This document shows positions 39,712 to 47,948 of a stretch of DNA of 64,000 nucleotides, in pieces (position 1 is the stretch's first letter; every line of letters starts with the position of its first letter). A program made the position numbers and the translations under genes. The notes beneath the pieces were generated by a model, which did not search any database, was not told the DNA's origin, and worked only from the letters and a program-made list of their open reading frames with translations. Origin of the DNA: a virus (Duplodnaviria > Caudoviricetes); the IMG/VR virus record IMGVR_UViG_3300017432_000006, positions 1-64,000 of that record, one strand, 5' to 3'.

Positions 39712-40040
39712 CAGTCGTCCTTGAATTCCTTCTTAAATCTGTATTCGTCAATCATGTTACCGAGGTCGTAAGGGTCTGGTACGTGACCTGCTGCCTCACG
39801 TTCCTTTTGGTATTCGTACTCTGCCTTTGACACAGGACGCTGACCTGATCTAAATTCTGCCTGCCCGCCCGGTACACCGTGGGCCCTGGCGGCGGCTGCT
39901 AGTGCAGCGATCTTAGATTGGTCACCCTTCTTCGATTGAATCATCATGTAATTGTAGTCGGCGTCGGTGACGTACTTCCCGTCATCTGTTCTCCATACGT
40001 AAACACCGTACTCAATATCATCTACTTGTTGGATTTTCAT
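39711..40040 (-). CDS. Hypothetical protein preceding portal
   Basis: 109 aa ORF with 1-nt stop/start overlap to the portal gene. Confidence 0.7.
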   Translation of the reverse strand: MKIQQVDDIEYGVYVWRTDDGKYVTDADYNYMMIQSKKGDQSKIAALAAAARAHGVPGGQAEFRSGQRPVSKAEYEYQKEREAAGHVPDPYDLGNMIDEYRFKKEFKDD

Positions 40041-40064
40041 ATTGATATTATGACACAGTGTCTA

Positions 40065-41477
40065 TCAAACTGCAAAAACTGTCCAGTTGTGTCCGTAAAC
40101 AGATGCGATTGAGTCAAAAATGTCCACCTGCTGTCCTTCATCGGCAACAATTGATCTAACAAAGAAGTTATTGTACAAATCAGTGGCGTTCGGTGCGTAG
40201 TCGAACAACGAGAAAAGACCCACACCACCCTTGACTCTGGTAGTTCCGTTCTTTCCAATATCCAAGGTCTTCTGTGTTTCGTTAAGAACCTTGACGACGT
40301 GAATCCACTTGTCCGTGTCATAGGAAGCGTCAAACGATCTTTGCACCCCATTGATGTATGTGGTACCAGCATACTGATCTAGGAATGACAAGTCTGAGCC
40401 GTCGTGCTTGACCCACATCTGGTATGCCTTTATCACTTGATCTTCTTCGCTGGGAATCGTCACGGTACCCGCGCCGATCAATCCTGTATTACTCTCAGCC
40501 TTACGAGGGTAGAAGTATTCACCTAGCGCAGAGTTAGTGTCCACTGCTAGATCATTGATGTATGTTCTGTTGTAGATGTTGATTGTCAAGTCATCTAGGT
40601 ATCCCGGTGTTCCTTGAGTAAAGACAACTCTAACCTGTAATTCTACAGATAGTTGAATGGGCTCATCTTGAACTAGGTTAACCCACGTCGATCCTGATAG
40701 ACGCTGCACGTAGATACCGCTACCGGAAAAACTGACGGTGGCTGTGTACTCGTCTGTTTGTGGAAGATAGGAGACCTGCCACGAACCGCCCTGTGCTATA
40801 CCGTCTATATAGTTAGAAGACACAGTGCTATCGACTACGACGTTGTTCTCTAGCCCCGGCCAGCCCATATCTCGGTAACTCAGGTAGTTCACCGGTGTCG
40901 TCTGGTACTTGTTTAATTCGTAAGAAGTACCGTCAACCGACTGAAAGACATTCTCCTCTACAACTCCCAGACCGTAGTGTCTCAAAATGGTATCTCCGTC
41001 CAGAGAGTAGTGATATGCCGCAAAGGCAGAGCCAAACACTCTTGATGACGTAGACGAAGAGGAAAGGTTAGACACCTTGCGTACCGCGCCGGGTTCAAAT
41101 GTCAAAGCACCCACACGCTCGCCATTGAGATATAGGGTTGCTTCACCAGGACTGTATGTGGCTACGGCATGGTAGATTCTCTGAGTGTAGGGCACGCTGA
41201 CCGCGTTACCATCGACGGAGAAAGTGATTGAGTTTTGATCCACAAAAAGACCAGTCGTATCATCGAAAGCAAGTATGCTGTTCTTAGCCTTGATCGATAC
41301 CGGGTAGAACCATGCCTCTAGCGAGAATGACTTGGTTGGGACATACGTGTTGAATGCGTATGTCTGTGCGCTGAGTTTGAATGACTTACCGTCGCTCGCC
41401 AGAATGTGTGTGTTCTTGGTGTCGGCGGGAGAGTAGAAAAATGCCGGACTATCCTTTTCGATGTAATATCTGTACAT
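40065..41477 (-). CDS. LamG/concanavalin A-like domain protein
   Basis: SFSLEAWFYP...IYHAVATYSPGEATLYLNGE...ILRHY. Confidence 0.75.
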   Translation of the reverse strand: MYRYYIEKDSPAFFYSPADTKNTHILASDGKSFKLSAQTYAFNTYVPTKSFSLEAWFYPVSIKAKNSILAFDDTTGLFVDQNSITFSVDGNAVSVPYTQRIYHAVATYSPGEATLYLNGERVGALTFEPGAVRKVSNLSSSSTSSRVFGSAFAAYHYSLDGDTILRHYGLGVVEENVFQSVDGTSYELNKYQTTPVNYLSYRDMGWPGLENNVVVDSTVSSNYIDGIAQGGSWQVSYLPQTDEYTATVSFSGSGIYVQRLSGSTWVNLVQDEPIQLSVELQVRVVFTQGTPGYLDDLTINIYNRTYINDLAVDTNSALGEYFYPRKAESNTGLIGAGTVTIPSEEDQVIKAYQMWVKHDGSDLSFLDQYAGTTYINGVQRSFDASYDTDKWIHVVKVLNETQKTLDIGKNGTTRVKGGVGLFSLFDYAPNATDLYNNFFVRSIVADEGQQVDIFDSIASVYGHNWTVFAV

Positions 41478-41505
41478 CTTCCGATTTTACCATAGATACC
41501 ACAAA

Positions 41506-41525
41506 AGCCCCGCCGAAGCGGGGCT
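41506..41525 (-). terminator. Intrinsic terminator
   Basis: AGCCCCGC-ttcg-GCGGGGCT then TTTGTG on the minus strand. Confidence 0.8.
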
Positions 41526-41625
41526 GATGCAGGTAATATAAAACCATCCTAAAGCGCGCTAATCCATCTGACAAGAATGGCCCAGCGAAGTCTCAGACGC
41601 TCTCACTAACTGCGTTCCGAATGAC

Positions 41626-42123
41626 TTAGTTATATTGTACCTCACTTGATAGGGAAAGTCCAGACAGGTAATCAGCCAGACGACGAAGAGTATCTGGATT
41701 ATCTTTTATTCTTCCTAGCGTTGAGTTACAAGATTGACAGAGTAAACCTCTAACACATTTTCCGCAAGACCTAGACTTCTCGGGACAACAGTTATGATCG
41801 TGGTCTACTACCAAAGGTGAGTCATCGCTACCTAGGTTCAGGCACCCGGCACATTTGCCGTCCTGATCTTTCAGTAATTTCAAGTATTGATCGTAGGTAA
41901 TCTTGTAATTTCTTAAGTAGTAGGCGTTTTTACCTTCGATGGTTCGATGGTAATTATAACCCTTTTTTATTTGCGCTTTACGAACATCAGGACGCTTATA
42001 TCTTTCTCGTTCGTATTCATTAATACAAATTCTACAAGATGGAGTACGTCCTTGCTTACAATTCTTATTAATTCTAAACTCTTCTAGAGTCTTAGTTTTC
42101 TTACACTTTGAACAAGTTTTCAT
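41626..42123 (-). CDS. Endonuclease VII-family (homing-type) endonuclease
   Basis: CSKCKKTK zinc finger; YLKLLKDQDGKCAGC...LVVDHDH.CC...CVRGLLCQSCNSTLG. Visibly AT-richer than its flanks. ATG 42123 preferred to TTG 42162. Confidence 0.88.
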   Translation of the reverse strand: MKTCSKCKKTKTLEEFRINKNCKQGRTPSCRICINEYERERYKRPDVRKAQIKKGYNYHRTIEGKNAYYLRNYKITYDQYLKLLKDQDGKCAGCLNLGSDDSPLVVDHDHNCCPEKSRSCGKCVRGLLCQSCNSTLGRIKDNPDTLRRLADYLSGLSLSSEVQYN

Positions 42124-42224
42124 GTTGGGCTCTAACGTAAAATCCCCGAACAGGGAGCCCAACTCACCTGTTCGGGGAAGTGTAATTTACAGTCAAATTG
42201 TTGGGCTCATTGCTGTATAAGCCA

Positions 42225-42235
42225 ATGATACCACA
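42225..42235 (-). promoter_or_regulatory. Extended -10 promoter element
   Basis: TGTGGTATCAT. Similar TGn-TAnnnT elements precede many minus-strand genes (e.g. near 16830, 38110, 41490, 43640). Confidence 0.5.
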
Positions 42236-42237
42236 AA

Positions 42238-43362
42238 TTACTTAATAGGCAGTAGCCACGCTGCATTCCACGTCTGCTCGCCCAAAAGGCCATTGACCTT
42301 GAGACCGGCTAGTTTCTGGAAGTAGCGGACGATACGGTCTGTGTCAGGTCCGAATGAACCATCAACGTCTAGACCGTAACCGCGCTCTACCATCTGACGC
42401 TGCCACTTAGCGATACCAGAAGAGTTGTCACCCTTCTTGAAATACCCGCGACCCTTAGTCCATCTGGCAGAAGCCGGAACTGTGAGCGCAGGCTTTGGTG
42501 CTACAGGCTTCGGCTTGTTCGCTTCTGCCTTTGCTGCGGCTGCTGCCTTATCGGCACGCCACTTGACCCAACGACCGTAGTGCTGCCACGTCACTCTTTC
42601 GACAACACCCGTTACGGGTACTCCTACCTTCTGCTGTACGACCTTTACTGCATCTGCTGTCTTGGGACCGTAGAAGCCATCAGCCTTGACCCCGGCCCAT
42701 CCCTGAATTGCAACAACGTCAGGGCCTCCTAGTTGTGGAACAGTAACCTTTAGTTCACGCTCTCCAACGCGGTATGTCTTCTCGGGCTTTGCTACAATTC
42801 CGCCCTTGCGAAGTGTTGAAGGATGATCAAGGAATCCCTGTACTGTCGAGCGGAACTGATTCATGTTGATACCGGCTGGGTCGATCTTACGACCGCGAGG
42901 AACACAAATCTCCTTGTGCGCGCCGACTCTGCTGCTGTTGCGTCTGATGTACTTTAGCACAGCGGCGGTGCCGCGAGCATATGAATCAAGTTGTGCTGCT
43001 GTCCAGTCCTTACCGTTACCCACTGATTCGGCTTCTACACCGATGAATGAGCCATTAAGATTACTGAATCCTGCCCAACTTGAAGTACCGGCGTGGTTGG
43101 AACGACCTGCGGCAATAACATACCATGTACCGTCGCGGCCTAGACCTAGTTGTGACAACGGACCGGAAAGTCCTGCACGCCCGTTCTTGACTACGTTCAA
43201 TGATGGGTAGTTACCTGTCTTGGCACCTACCGTGTGGTGAGGGGTGATTCCCTCTACTGCGTTCATGCCGCGCGTACCGCGAGTCTTCCAGCCACTAACC
43301 TCAACTACCGGATAGCCTGTTTCTCTCAGTGCGTCAGCAAGCCATGTTGCCCAAACTGCCAT
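42238..43362 (-). CDS. Endolysin: Amidase_2 domain plus peptidoglycan-binding domains
   Basis: HHT...NHAG...IGVEAE...HKE...RKIDP amidase motif; DGFYGPKTADAV and VDGSFGPDTDRIVRYFQ PG-binding repeats. Confidence 0.93.
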   Translation of the reverse strand: MAVWATWLADALRETGYPVVEVSGWKTRGTRGMNAVEGITPHHTVGAKTGNYPSLNVVKNGRAGLSGPLSQLGLGRDGTWYVIAAGRSNHAGTSSWAGFSNLNGSFIGVEAESVGNGKDWTAAQLDSYARGTAAVLKYIRRNSSRVGAHKEICVPRGRKIDPAGINMNQFRSTVQGFLDHPSTLRKGGIVAKPEKTYRVGERELKVTVPQLGGPDVVAIQGWAGVKADGFYGPKTADAVKVVQQKVGVPVTGVVERVTWQHYGRWVKWRADKAAAAAKAEANKPKPVAPKPALTVPASARWTKGRGYFKKGDNSSGIAKWQRQMVERGYGLDVDGSFGPDTDRIVRYFQKLAGLKVNGLLGEQTWNAAWLLPIK

Positions 43363-43613
43363 TAGTCTTCCTCATCCTCCTCAGGGTGGTCGAGTAGATA
43401 CTGGTCTCTACCGGCATCCCAATTCTCGGCCTCATAATCTTCTACTGTCTTCTCGGGGTTGTAACTTACTGTGAGTTCCCCGCTCTCAAATAGTTCTTGT
43501 AGTTCTGCGTCTGTTGTTGGCTGCGCGCCGTCGAATGCTGCGTCTCGCTTGTCCTCAAAAGGAGTCTTGCGGAACTTGCTCACGACCTTACCAATGCTGT
43601 TTGCGTTGATCAT
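43362..43613 (-). CDS. Hypothetical acidic protein
   Basis: 83 aa with RBS (AAGGAG), coupled to the endolysin start. Confidence 0.65.
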   Translation of the reverse strand: MINANSIGKVVSKFRKTPFEDKRDAAFDGAQPTTDAELQELFESGELTVSYNPEKTVEDYEAENWDAGRDQYLLDHPEEDEED

Positions 43614-43646
43614 TTCACTCTCCTTAAGTTATGAGTATAACACCAA

Positions 43647-43673
43647 ACCCCCCGAACCCAAAGGGCCGGGGGG
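43647..43673 (-). terminator. Terminator-like hairpin after the RNR operon
   Basis: CCCCCC..CCC / GGG..GGGGGG stem followed by TTTGGTG on the minus strand. Confidence 0.6.
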
Positions 43674-43685
43674 TAGGTAAGAGTG

Positions 43686-43772
43686 TCAGCCCTCGCAGGC
43701 TACACACTCAGGGTTGTCTAGTTTGCACTGAGGAATAACTTCCCAATCATCATCGTCCCATGAAATATCCAT
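43686..43772 (-). CDS. 28-aa peptide resembling the NrdA C-terminal redox tail (MDISWDDDDWEVIPQCKLDNPECVACEG)
   Basis: Hand translation. In frame with nrdA behind TGA-CAA; AAGGAG RBS 9 nt upstream of the ATG. Confidence 0.8.
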   Translation of the reverse strand: MDISWDDDDWEVIPQCKLDNPECVACEG

Positions 43773-43775
43773 TTG

Positions 43776-45464
43776 TCAGTTCTCCTTTCTTCTTGCTTTA
43801 CTGGCTTGCACGCCCGCCTTGGAGCGGAAGTAATATAGTGCCTTGACATAAGGGTCAAGCATTGCCTGCTTGTGAACATCGCTGATCTTAGCAGGAGATT
43901 CCTTGGCATCGAAGAACAGGTTTAGTGACTGCCCCTGATCGATGTACTGCTGTCTGTCCGAAGCCTGCTGTACGACGTGAACTTGGTCAATCTCGTAAGC
44001 AGTCTTGAATACGTCCTTCTCATGACCAGTTAGCCAGTCAACGTCTTGCACAGAACCGTTGTTGTCGATGATGTGATCAACAATCTCTGGTGTGTAGACG
44101 TTTCTCTCCTTCATGATCTTGAGAAGGGTGGGGTTGACTCTGAAAATCTCCCCCGCCGCGCTTGACTGGTTCCAAGCGTTAGCAACGATAGGCTCAATGC
44201 CCTGCGACACCCCGCCGACGAGCAGCGCGGTTGACATTGTAGGTGCAATTGCCATTAGGTGCGTGTTGCGCCTGCCGTCAGCCCACTCAGGAGCACCGGC
44301 AAGATCGGCCATTGCAGTGCTTGCAATCTCGGCCTCTCTTCTAATGTGATTGAACGCTTCCTTGTTAAAGATGTAGGCATCCTCAGAATCAAAAGGAATC
44401 ATGTTGTCCTGTAAGTATGTGTGGTAGCCCATAACACCGAGACCTAGCGCGCGGGACTTCTCTGTGAATCGAACCGCGTTCTCTGTTCCCTTAATACCCT
44501 TTGCTGCACGGACGAATGCCTCGGCTACACAATCAAGAAACACGGTAGCGTCCTTAACGGCAGATGTGTCCTCCCAATCATCGTAGTGAGCCAAGTTCAT
44601 CGAACTCAGGACACAGGTGAATGAGTGGTCAGCGTCAGAGTGAAGTGTAATCTCTGAGCACAGGTTACTTGCCTTGACGCTGAGACCGTTCTTGGCATAT
44701 GACTCAGGGTTGAGTCTATTCACCTTGTCTACGAAGAACATGTATCCTTTACCAGTAATTGCTCTGGTCTTGAGGATAGCCTTGTAACGACGAACTGCCT
44801 CTTGGTCCCCGGCCTTCAACTTATTGATGAAGTCATCGGTGATGTTCCATCCAACGTTGAGACCATCAGGATTATTGCGAAGGTAGGTCACAATTTCGTC
44901 AAAGTCTGCGTGATCTGCTTCGATGTAACCCGCCCATGCTCCTCTACGTGTCGAACCCTGAGATGTGTCGTCCATATCCTGAACAAATCCCTTGATGACT
45001 GGCATCGGGCCTGCGGCCTTGCCGTTGTCAGAGAACTTTGAACCACGGGGACGGATATCACCAAGGTATGATGACGTTCCGAAACCGTGCTTTGTCAGAA
45101 CTGCTGACTCTAGACGGCTAGAGTAGAATCCGTAGATAGAATCTACGACATAGTTTCCTGTACAACTGACAGGAAGTCCACGGGTAGTTCCCAGGTTTGC
45201 AAGAACCGGGGTAGAAGGTGAAAGCCAACCCTTCCAGATAAGATCGAAGAAAGTGTTCTCCCAATCATTCCATCCGTAGAGTTCGGTAGCAATGTCACCG
45301 GCTGTCTTGGCGATCTTTTTGTAACGGTCCTTTAGGCTTTGTCCTGGCTCTGCGTACTTGAGCATGAACATCTGGTAACCGCCGGTTGTGTACCAACCAG
45401 GGACCTCGCCCTTGGCTTGTAATTCCTTTCGCTCATTGGCGAACTTTTCATAGATTGAAGTCAT
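43776..45464 (-). CDS. nrdA: Ribonucleotide reductase class Ia alpha subunit (no ATP cone, no C-terminal CxxC)
   Basis: LSPSTP.LAN.G..RGLPVSC, RRGAWAGY, ASNLCSEI, AIAPTMS, SQGIEP, YYFRS motifs. Confidence 0.95.
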   Translation of the reverse strand: MTSIYEKFANERKELQAKGEVPGWYTTGGYQMFMLKYAEPGQSLKDRYKKIAKTAGDIATELYGWNDWENTFFDLIWKGWLSPSTPVLANLGTTRGLPVSCTGNYVVDSIYGFYSSRLESAVLTKHGFGTSSYLGDIRPRGSKFSDNGKAAGPMPVIKGFVQDMDDTSQGSTRRGAWAGYIEADHADFDEIVTYLRNNPDGLNVGWNITDDFINKLKAGDQEAVRRYKAILKTRAITGKGYMFFVDKVNRLNPESYAKNGLSVKASNLCSEITLHSDADHSFTCVLSSMNLAHYDDWEDTSAVKDATVFLDCVAEAFVRAAKGIKGTENAVRFTEKSRALGLGVMGYHTYLQDNMIPFDSEDAYIFNKEAFNHIRREAEIASTAMADLAGAPEWADGRRNTHLMAIAPTMSTALLVGGVSQGIEPIVANAWNQSSAAGEIFRVNPTLLKIMKERNVYTPEIVDHIIDNNGSVQDVDWLTGHEKDVFKTAYEIDQVHVVQQASDRQQYIDQGQSLNLFFDAKESPAKISDVHKQAMLDPYVKALYYFRSKAGVQASKARRKEN

Positions 45465-45570
45465 GTTCGTGGTCTACCTCCGTCAACGTCTTGTATGAAA
45501 TGATGTACTCGCCCGCGCACACGAGGCAAGTTGCATTCTTGTCTGTGATCAACCAATTGCCAATACCCAT
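45448..45570 (-). CDS. 40-aa CxxC-containing mini-protein between nrdB and nrdA
   Basis: Hand translation MGIGNWLITDKNATCLVCAGEYIISYKTLTEVDHEHDFNL; TGATG overlap with the nrdB stop. Confidence 0.5.
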   Translation of the reverse strand: MGIGNWLITDKNATCLVCAGEYIISYKTLTEVDHEHDFNL

Positions 45571-46547
45571 CAGAAATCAAACCCATCTTCATCGAAGTTT
45601 CTGTTGTACTCGTTCTGAGTACCGTTGAAGAAGTCACCGAACTGCTGTGCGTTGATTCCTCGGTAGAACCACTCAGCAATAGGGTTATCGCCAATTTCGT
45701 AGCGAGGCTTGAAATCAAGGTACTCGTAGCACAGGTTAAGACGTGACTTGACGAAAGTAGTCAACTGATCGAAGTCGATACCCTCGATTTCACCCTTCTC
45801 GAAGATCATCTCAATGATGCGGGTTTCGTGCTCTAGGATGTGGTCTGCTGCCTCATCGATTCTTGTCTTAAGGGCATCTAGTCTTCCCTGGCCCGCGCCT
45901 TCCTCGTCTCTCAACTGACGGAAAAGCCATGCTCCTAGTTCGTGGTGAAGGGACTCGTCTCTAACACTAAAGTTGATTCCTCTTACCACGGTGTTGAGCA
46001 GGTTCTTACCGCCGGACTGGAAGTGCTTGAGGAATGCGAATGACGAATACAGAACCGCGCCCTCTAGCATGGAGAACACAGCAATGGCAAAGAGAAGGTC
46101 GTCGTCTTCTGCTGCGTCCTCCACGAACTGCATACGTGCTGCCAGAGTCTCATCATTCTTGTAAGAATTAAAGAACTCGTCATTGGCTAGCAGCATCGCC
46201 TCATTGATCTTGTTGTAGAAAGGTGCGTGTACTGCCAGTTCGATAGCATTGATCAAAGCACCAGCCTGCTGAATCTCAGGACGAGGGAATGCCTTGACCA
46301 CTCGGTCTCCCCAATAACTTGATCCTACTTCTAGTTCGTACAACACGAAAAGTTTAAGTACGACTACAACCGCCTCATACTCTGCGGGAGTCATGTTTGC
46401 TCTGAGGTCTTGAATGTCTTTCTCTACGTTAATCTCTTCCGGTGTCCAGAAGATGCTTCTCTGCTGCTCGATCTTCTCAAGCACGAACGGGTAATCGAAT
46501 GTATACGTTGACTTGGGGGTTCTGATCTGTGGTAGTGTGTCCGTCAT
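45570..46547 (-). CDS. nrdB: Ribonucleotide reductase class Ia beta subunit
   Basis: FWTPEEI...ELAVHAPFY...LEGAVLYSSF...VRDESLH di-iron ligand motifs. Confidence 0.95.
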   Translation of the reverse strand: MTDTLPQIRTPKSTYTFDYPFVLEKIEQQRSIFWTPEEINVEKDIQDLRANMTPAEYEAVVVVLKLFVLYELEVGSSYWGDRVVKAFPRPEIQQAGALINAIELAVHAPFYNKINEAMLLANDEFFNSYKNDETLAARMQFVEDAAEDDDLLFAIAVFSMLEGAVLYSSFAFLKHFQSGGKNLLNTVVRGINFSVRDESLHHELGAWLFRQLRDEEGAGQGRLDALKTRIDEAADHILEHETRIIEMIFEKGEIEGIDFDQLTTFVKSRLNLCYEYLDFKPRYEIGDNPIAEWFYRGINAQQFGDFFNGTQNEYNRNFDEDGFDF

Positions 46548-46567
46548 TTTATCTCCTTACTGATAAA

Positions 46568-46587
46568 AAATGACCCCCTCCCTGGGG
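46568..46587 (-). terminator. Intrinsic terminator
   Basis: GACCCC/GGGGTC stem then TTTTTT on the minus strand. Confidence 0.65.
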
Positions 46588-46622
46588 GTCCCTGTGATAT
46601 TTGGTTGTACTATCGTAGCACA

Positions 46623-47576
46623 TCAAATCCGGTCGAAAAGTTGTTGGAACTGCTTGCGAGTCAGTTCCTGCCAATTGTATTTGCGTTGTGCCGCAACACT
46701 TTTCGCAAATGCCAGGCTTGCGTATCTTTTATAATGCACCCGAGAAAGTTCGAACTTTTTTACCAGATCATCAAAATCTGGTTCGTACATCTTGCCCGGG
46801 TGGGTATCTTCCCACGGACTGTCACGAAGAGTAGTTTTCACTAACAGATCGTCAATCAGGTGGTCCTCGTAGGGTGCCCAGCCAGACGTACAAATCTGTG
46901 GCATTCCTGTGAATACGCCTTGAAGACCCGGAATACCGAAACCCTCGCCCCATGTCGAGTTGACGAAGACGTGGTGCTTGCGGTACATGTAGGCTAGTTC
47001 ATTCTCGTTAACCATCTGCTTGATCACCTTGACGTTGGACGGTAGGGTGTTAGGCAGTAGTGGACGGTGAATCGACTTGAAGGTCAGGCTTACTTCGTTA
47101 CTGTCCTTGAAGACTTGGTTGAAGGCTTCTAGAGCAATACCCGCGCCCTTCCTGACAGCCGCGCCGTCCATATGAAGGTAGCGTAGCACATCTTGTGGTC
47201 GACGCTTCTCGGCGTACCAGATATTGCCGTCCACGCCATGCTCGTAAACATAAATTGGCTTGGTGGTCCACGGTCTCATCCACTCTGCCAGGCGGGGCGA
47301 GGTTACCCATAATTCGTCCACCTGCTTGAAACAGTCGATCCAGTTATCTCTAGGTAGTGTGGACTCCCATGCCATATAACCGACCTTGTAGGATTTTTCT
47401 GACGACCACTCCCAACTATCGGGGTGACCGAAGGCCAGTTCTACCGGGGCGCCAGGGTCTCTGAAAGGAACCTTGTATCCATTAGCCTGTAATGATGTGA
47501 CGATGTTGAACCCGGCCTCACCGAATCCTGTACCGCGAATTGCCATGTCTGGTGGCATTGAGAAGGAAATTATCAT
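46623..47576 (-). CDS. Glycosyltransferase (GT-B, GT4-like)
   Basis: KVGYMAWEST.P..W...VDELWVTS...EHGVD...RKGAGIALEAF...GEGFGIPGLQ. Confidence 0.88.
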   Translation of the reverse strand: MIISFSMPPDMAIRGTGFGEAGFNIVTSLQANGYKVPFRDPGAPVELAFGHPDSWEWSSEKSYKVGYMAWESTLPRDNWIDCFKQVDELWVTSPRLAEWMRPWTTKPIYVYEHGVDGNIWYAEKRRPQDVLRYLHMDGAAVRKGAGIALEAFNQVFKDSNEVSLTFKSIHRPLLPNTLPSNVKVIKQMVNENELAYMYRKHHVFVNSTWGEGFGIPGLQGVFTGMPQICTSGWAPYEDHLIDDLLVKTTLRDSPWEDTHPGKMYEPDFDDLVKKFELSRVHYKRYASLAFAKSVAAQRKYNWQELTRKQFQQLFDRI

Positions 47577-47588
47577 CCTCCTAGTCTA

Positions 47589-47948
47589 TCACTGACCTCG
47601 GAACTGCGCTGTCACCTTAATTCCCGTGGCTGCCAGGTTGAGTGCGAGCACACCGAGGTTGACGGTAATTTGTCTGACGTCCACACTTGCTGATTTCTTA
47701 TCACTGGCAAATACAAGATTCTGGAATTGGTAGGCTGCTGTTCCCCATGCTTGAAACGACGAAGCATCGAAGTAAATTTCTTTGAAGATCGGACTGCCGT
47801 CCGCCTTGACCAGCGGGAAAACACACTTACCGCTTGAGTTGACCAATGTGCTTGCATAGGCGATGGTCAGTGACGGCATCAGTGCTCCGTTGACATACAC
47901 GGTTGACTTGAGGTCTTTCTCGTCGTACAGCGTCAGGTGCTTAGGCAT
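47589..47948 (-). CDS. Hypothetical beta-rich protein
   Basis: 119 aa ORF coupled to the upstream gene. Confidence 0.6.
   Translation of the reverse strand: MPKHLTLYDEKDLKSTVYVNGALMPSLTIAYASTLVNSSGKCVFPLVKADGSPIFKEIYFDASSFQAWGTAAYQFQNLVFASDKKSASVDVRQITVNLGVLALNLAATGIKVTAQFRGQ

Noticed and set aside
41519-41630. GGGGCTGAT on the plus strand resembles a tmRNA 5' end
   Set aside because: It is one arm of the terminator hairpin. There is no following TCGAC, no tag ORF, and no T-arm/CCA 3' end nearby.
42181-42200. tRNA-Tyr (GTA) suggested by GACTGTAAAT
   Set aside because: No D-arm, T-arm (GTTCRA) or acceptor stem; only an anticodon-like heptamer.
41526-42222. Group I intron containing the EndoVII ORF
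   Set aside because: TCTGAGACT is only loosely R-like, there is no S element to form P7, and no interrupted host gene flanks it. Kept only as an unexplained segment.
43718-43909. Minus-strand 63-aa ORF overlapping the nrdA end
   Set aside because: Out of frame and overlapping nrdA. The in-frame 28-codon CxxC ORF has the RBS and a recognisable motif.
45461-45718. Minus-strand 85-aa ORF overlapping the nrdB end
   Set aside because: About 150 nt overlap with nrdB in another frame; the 40-aa ORF coupled to the nrdB stop fits better.
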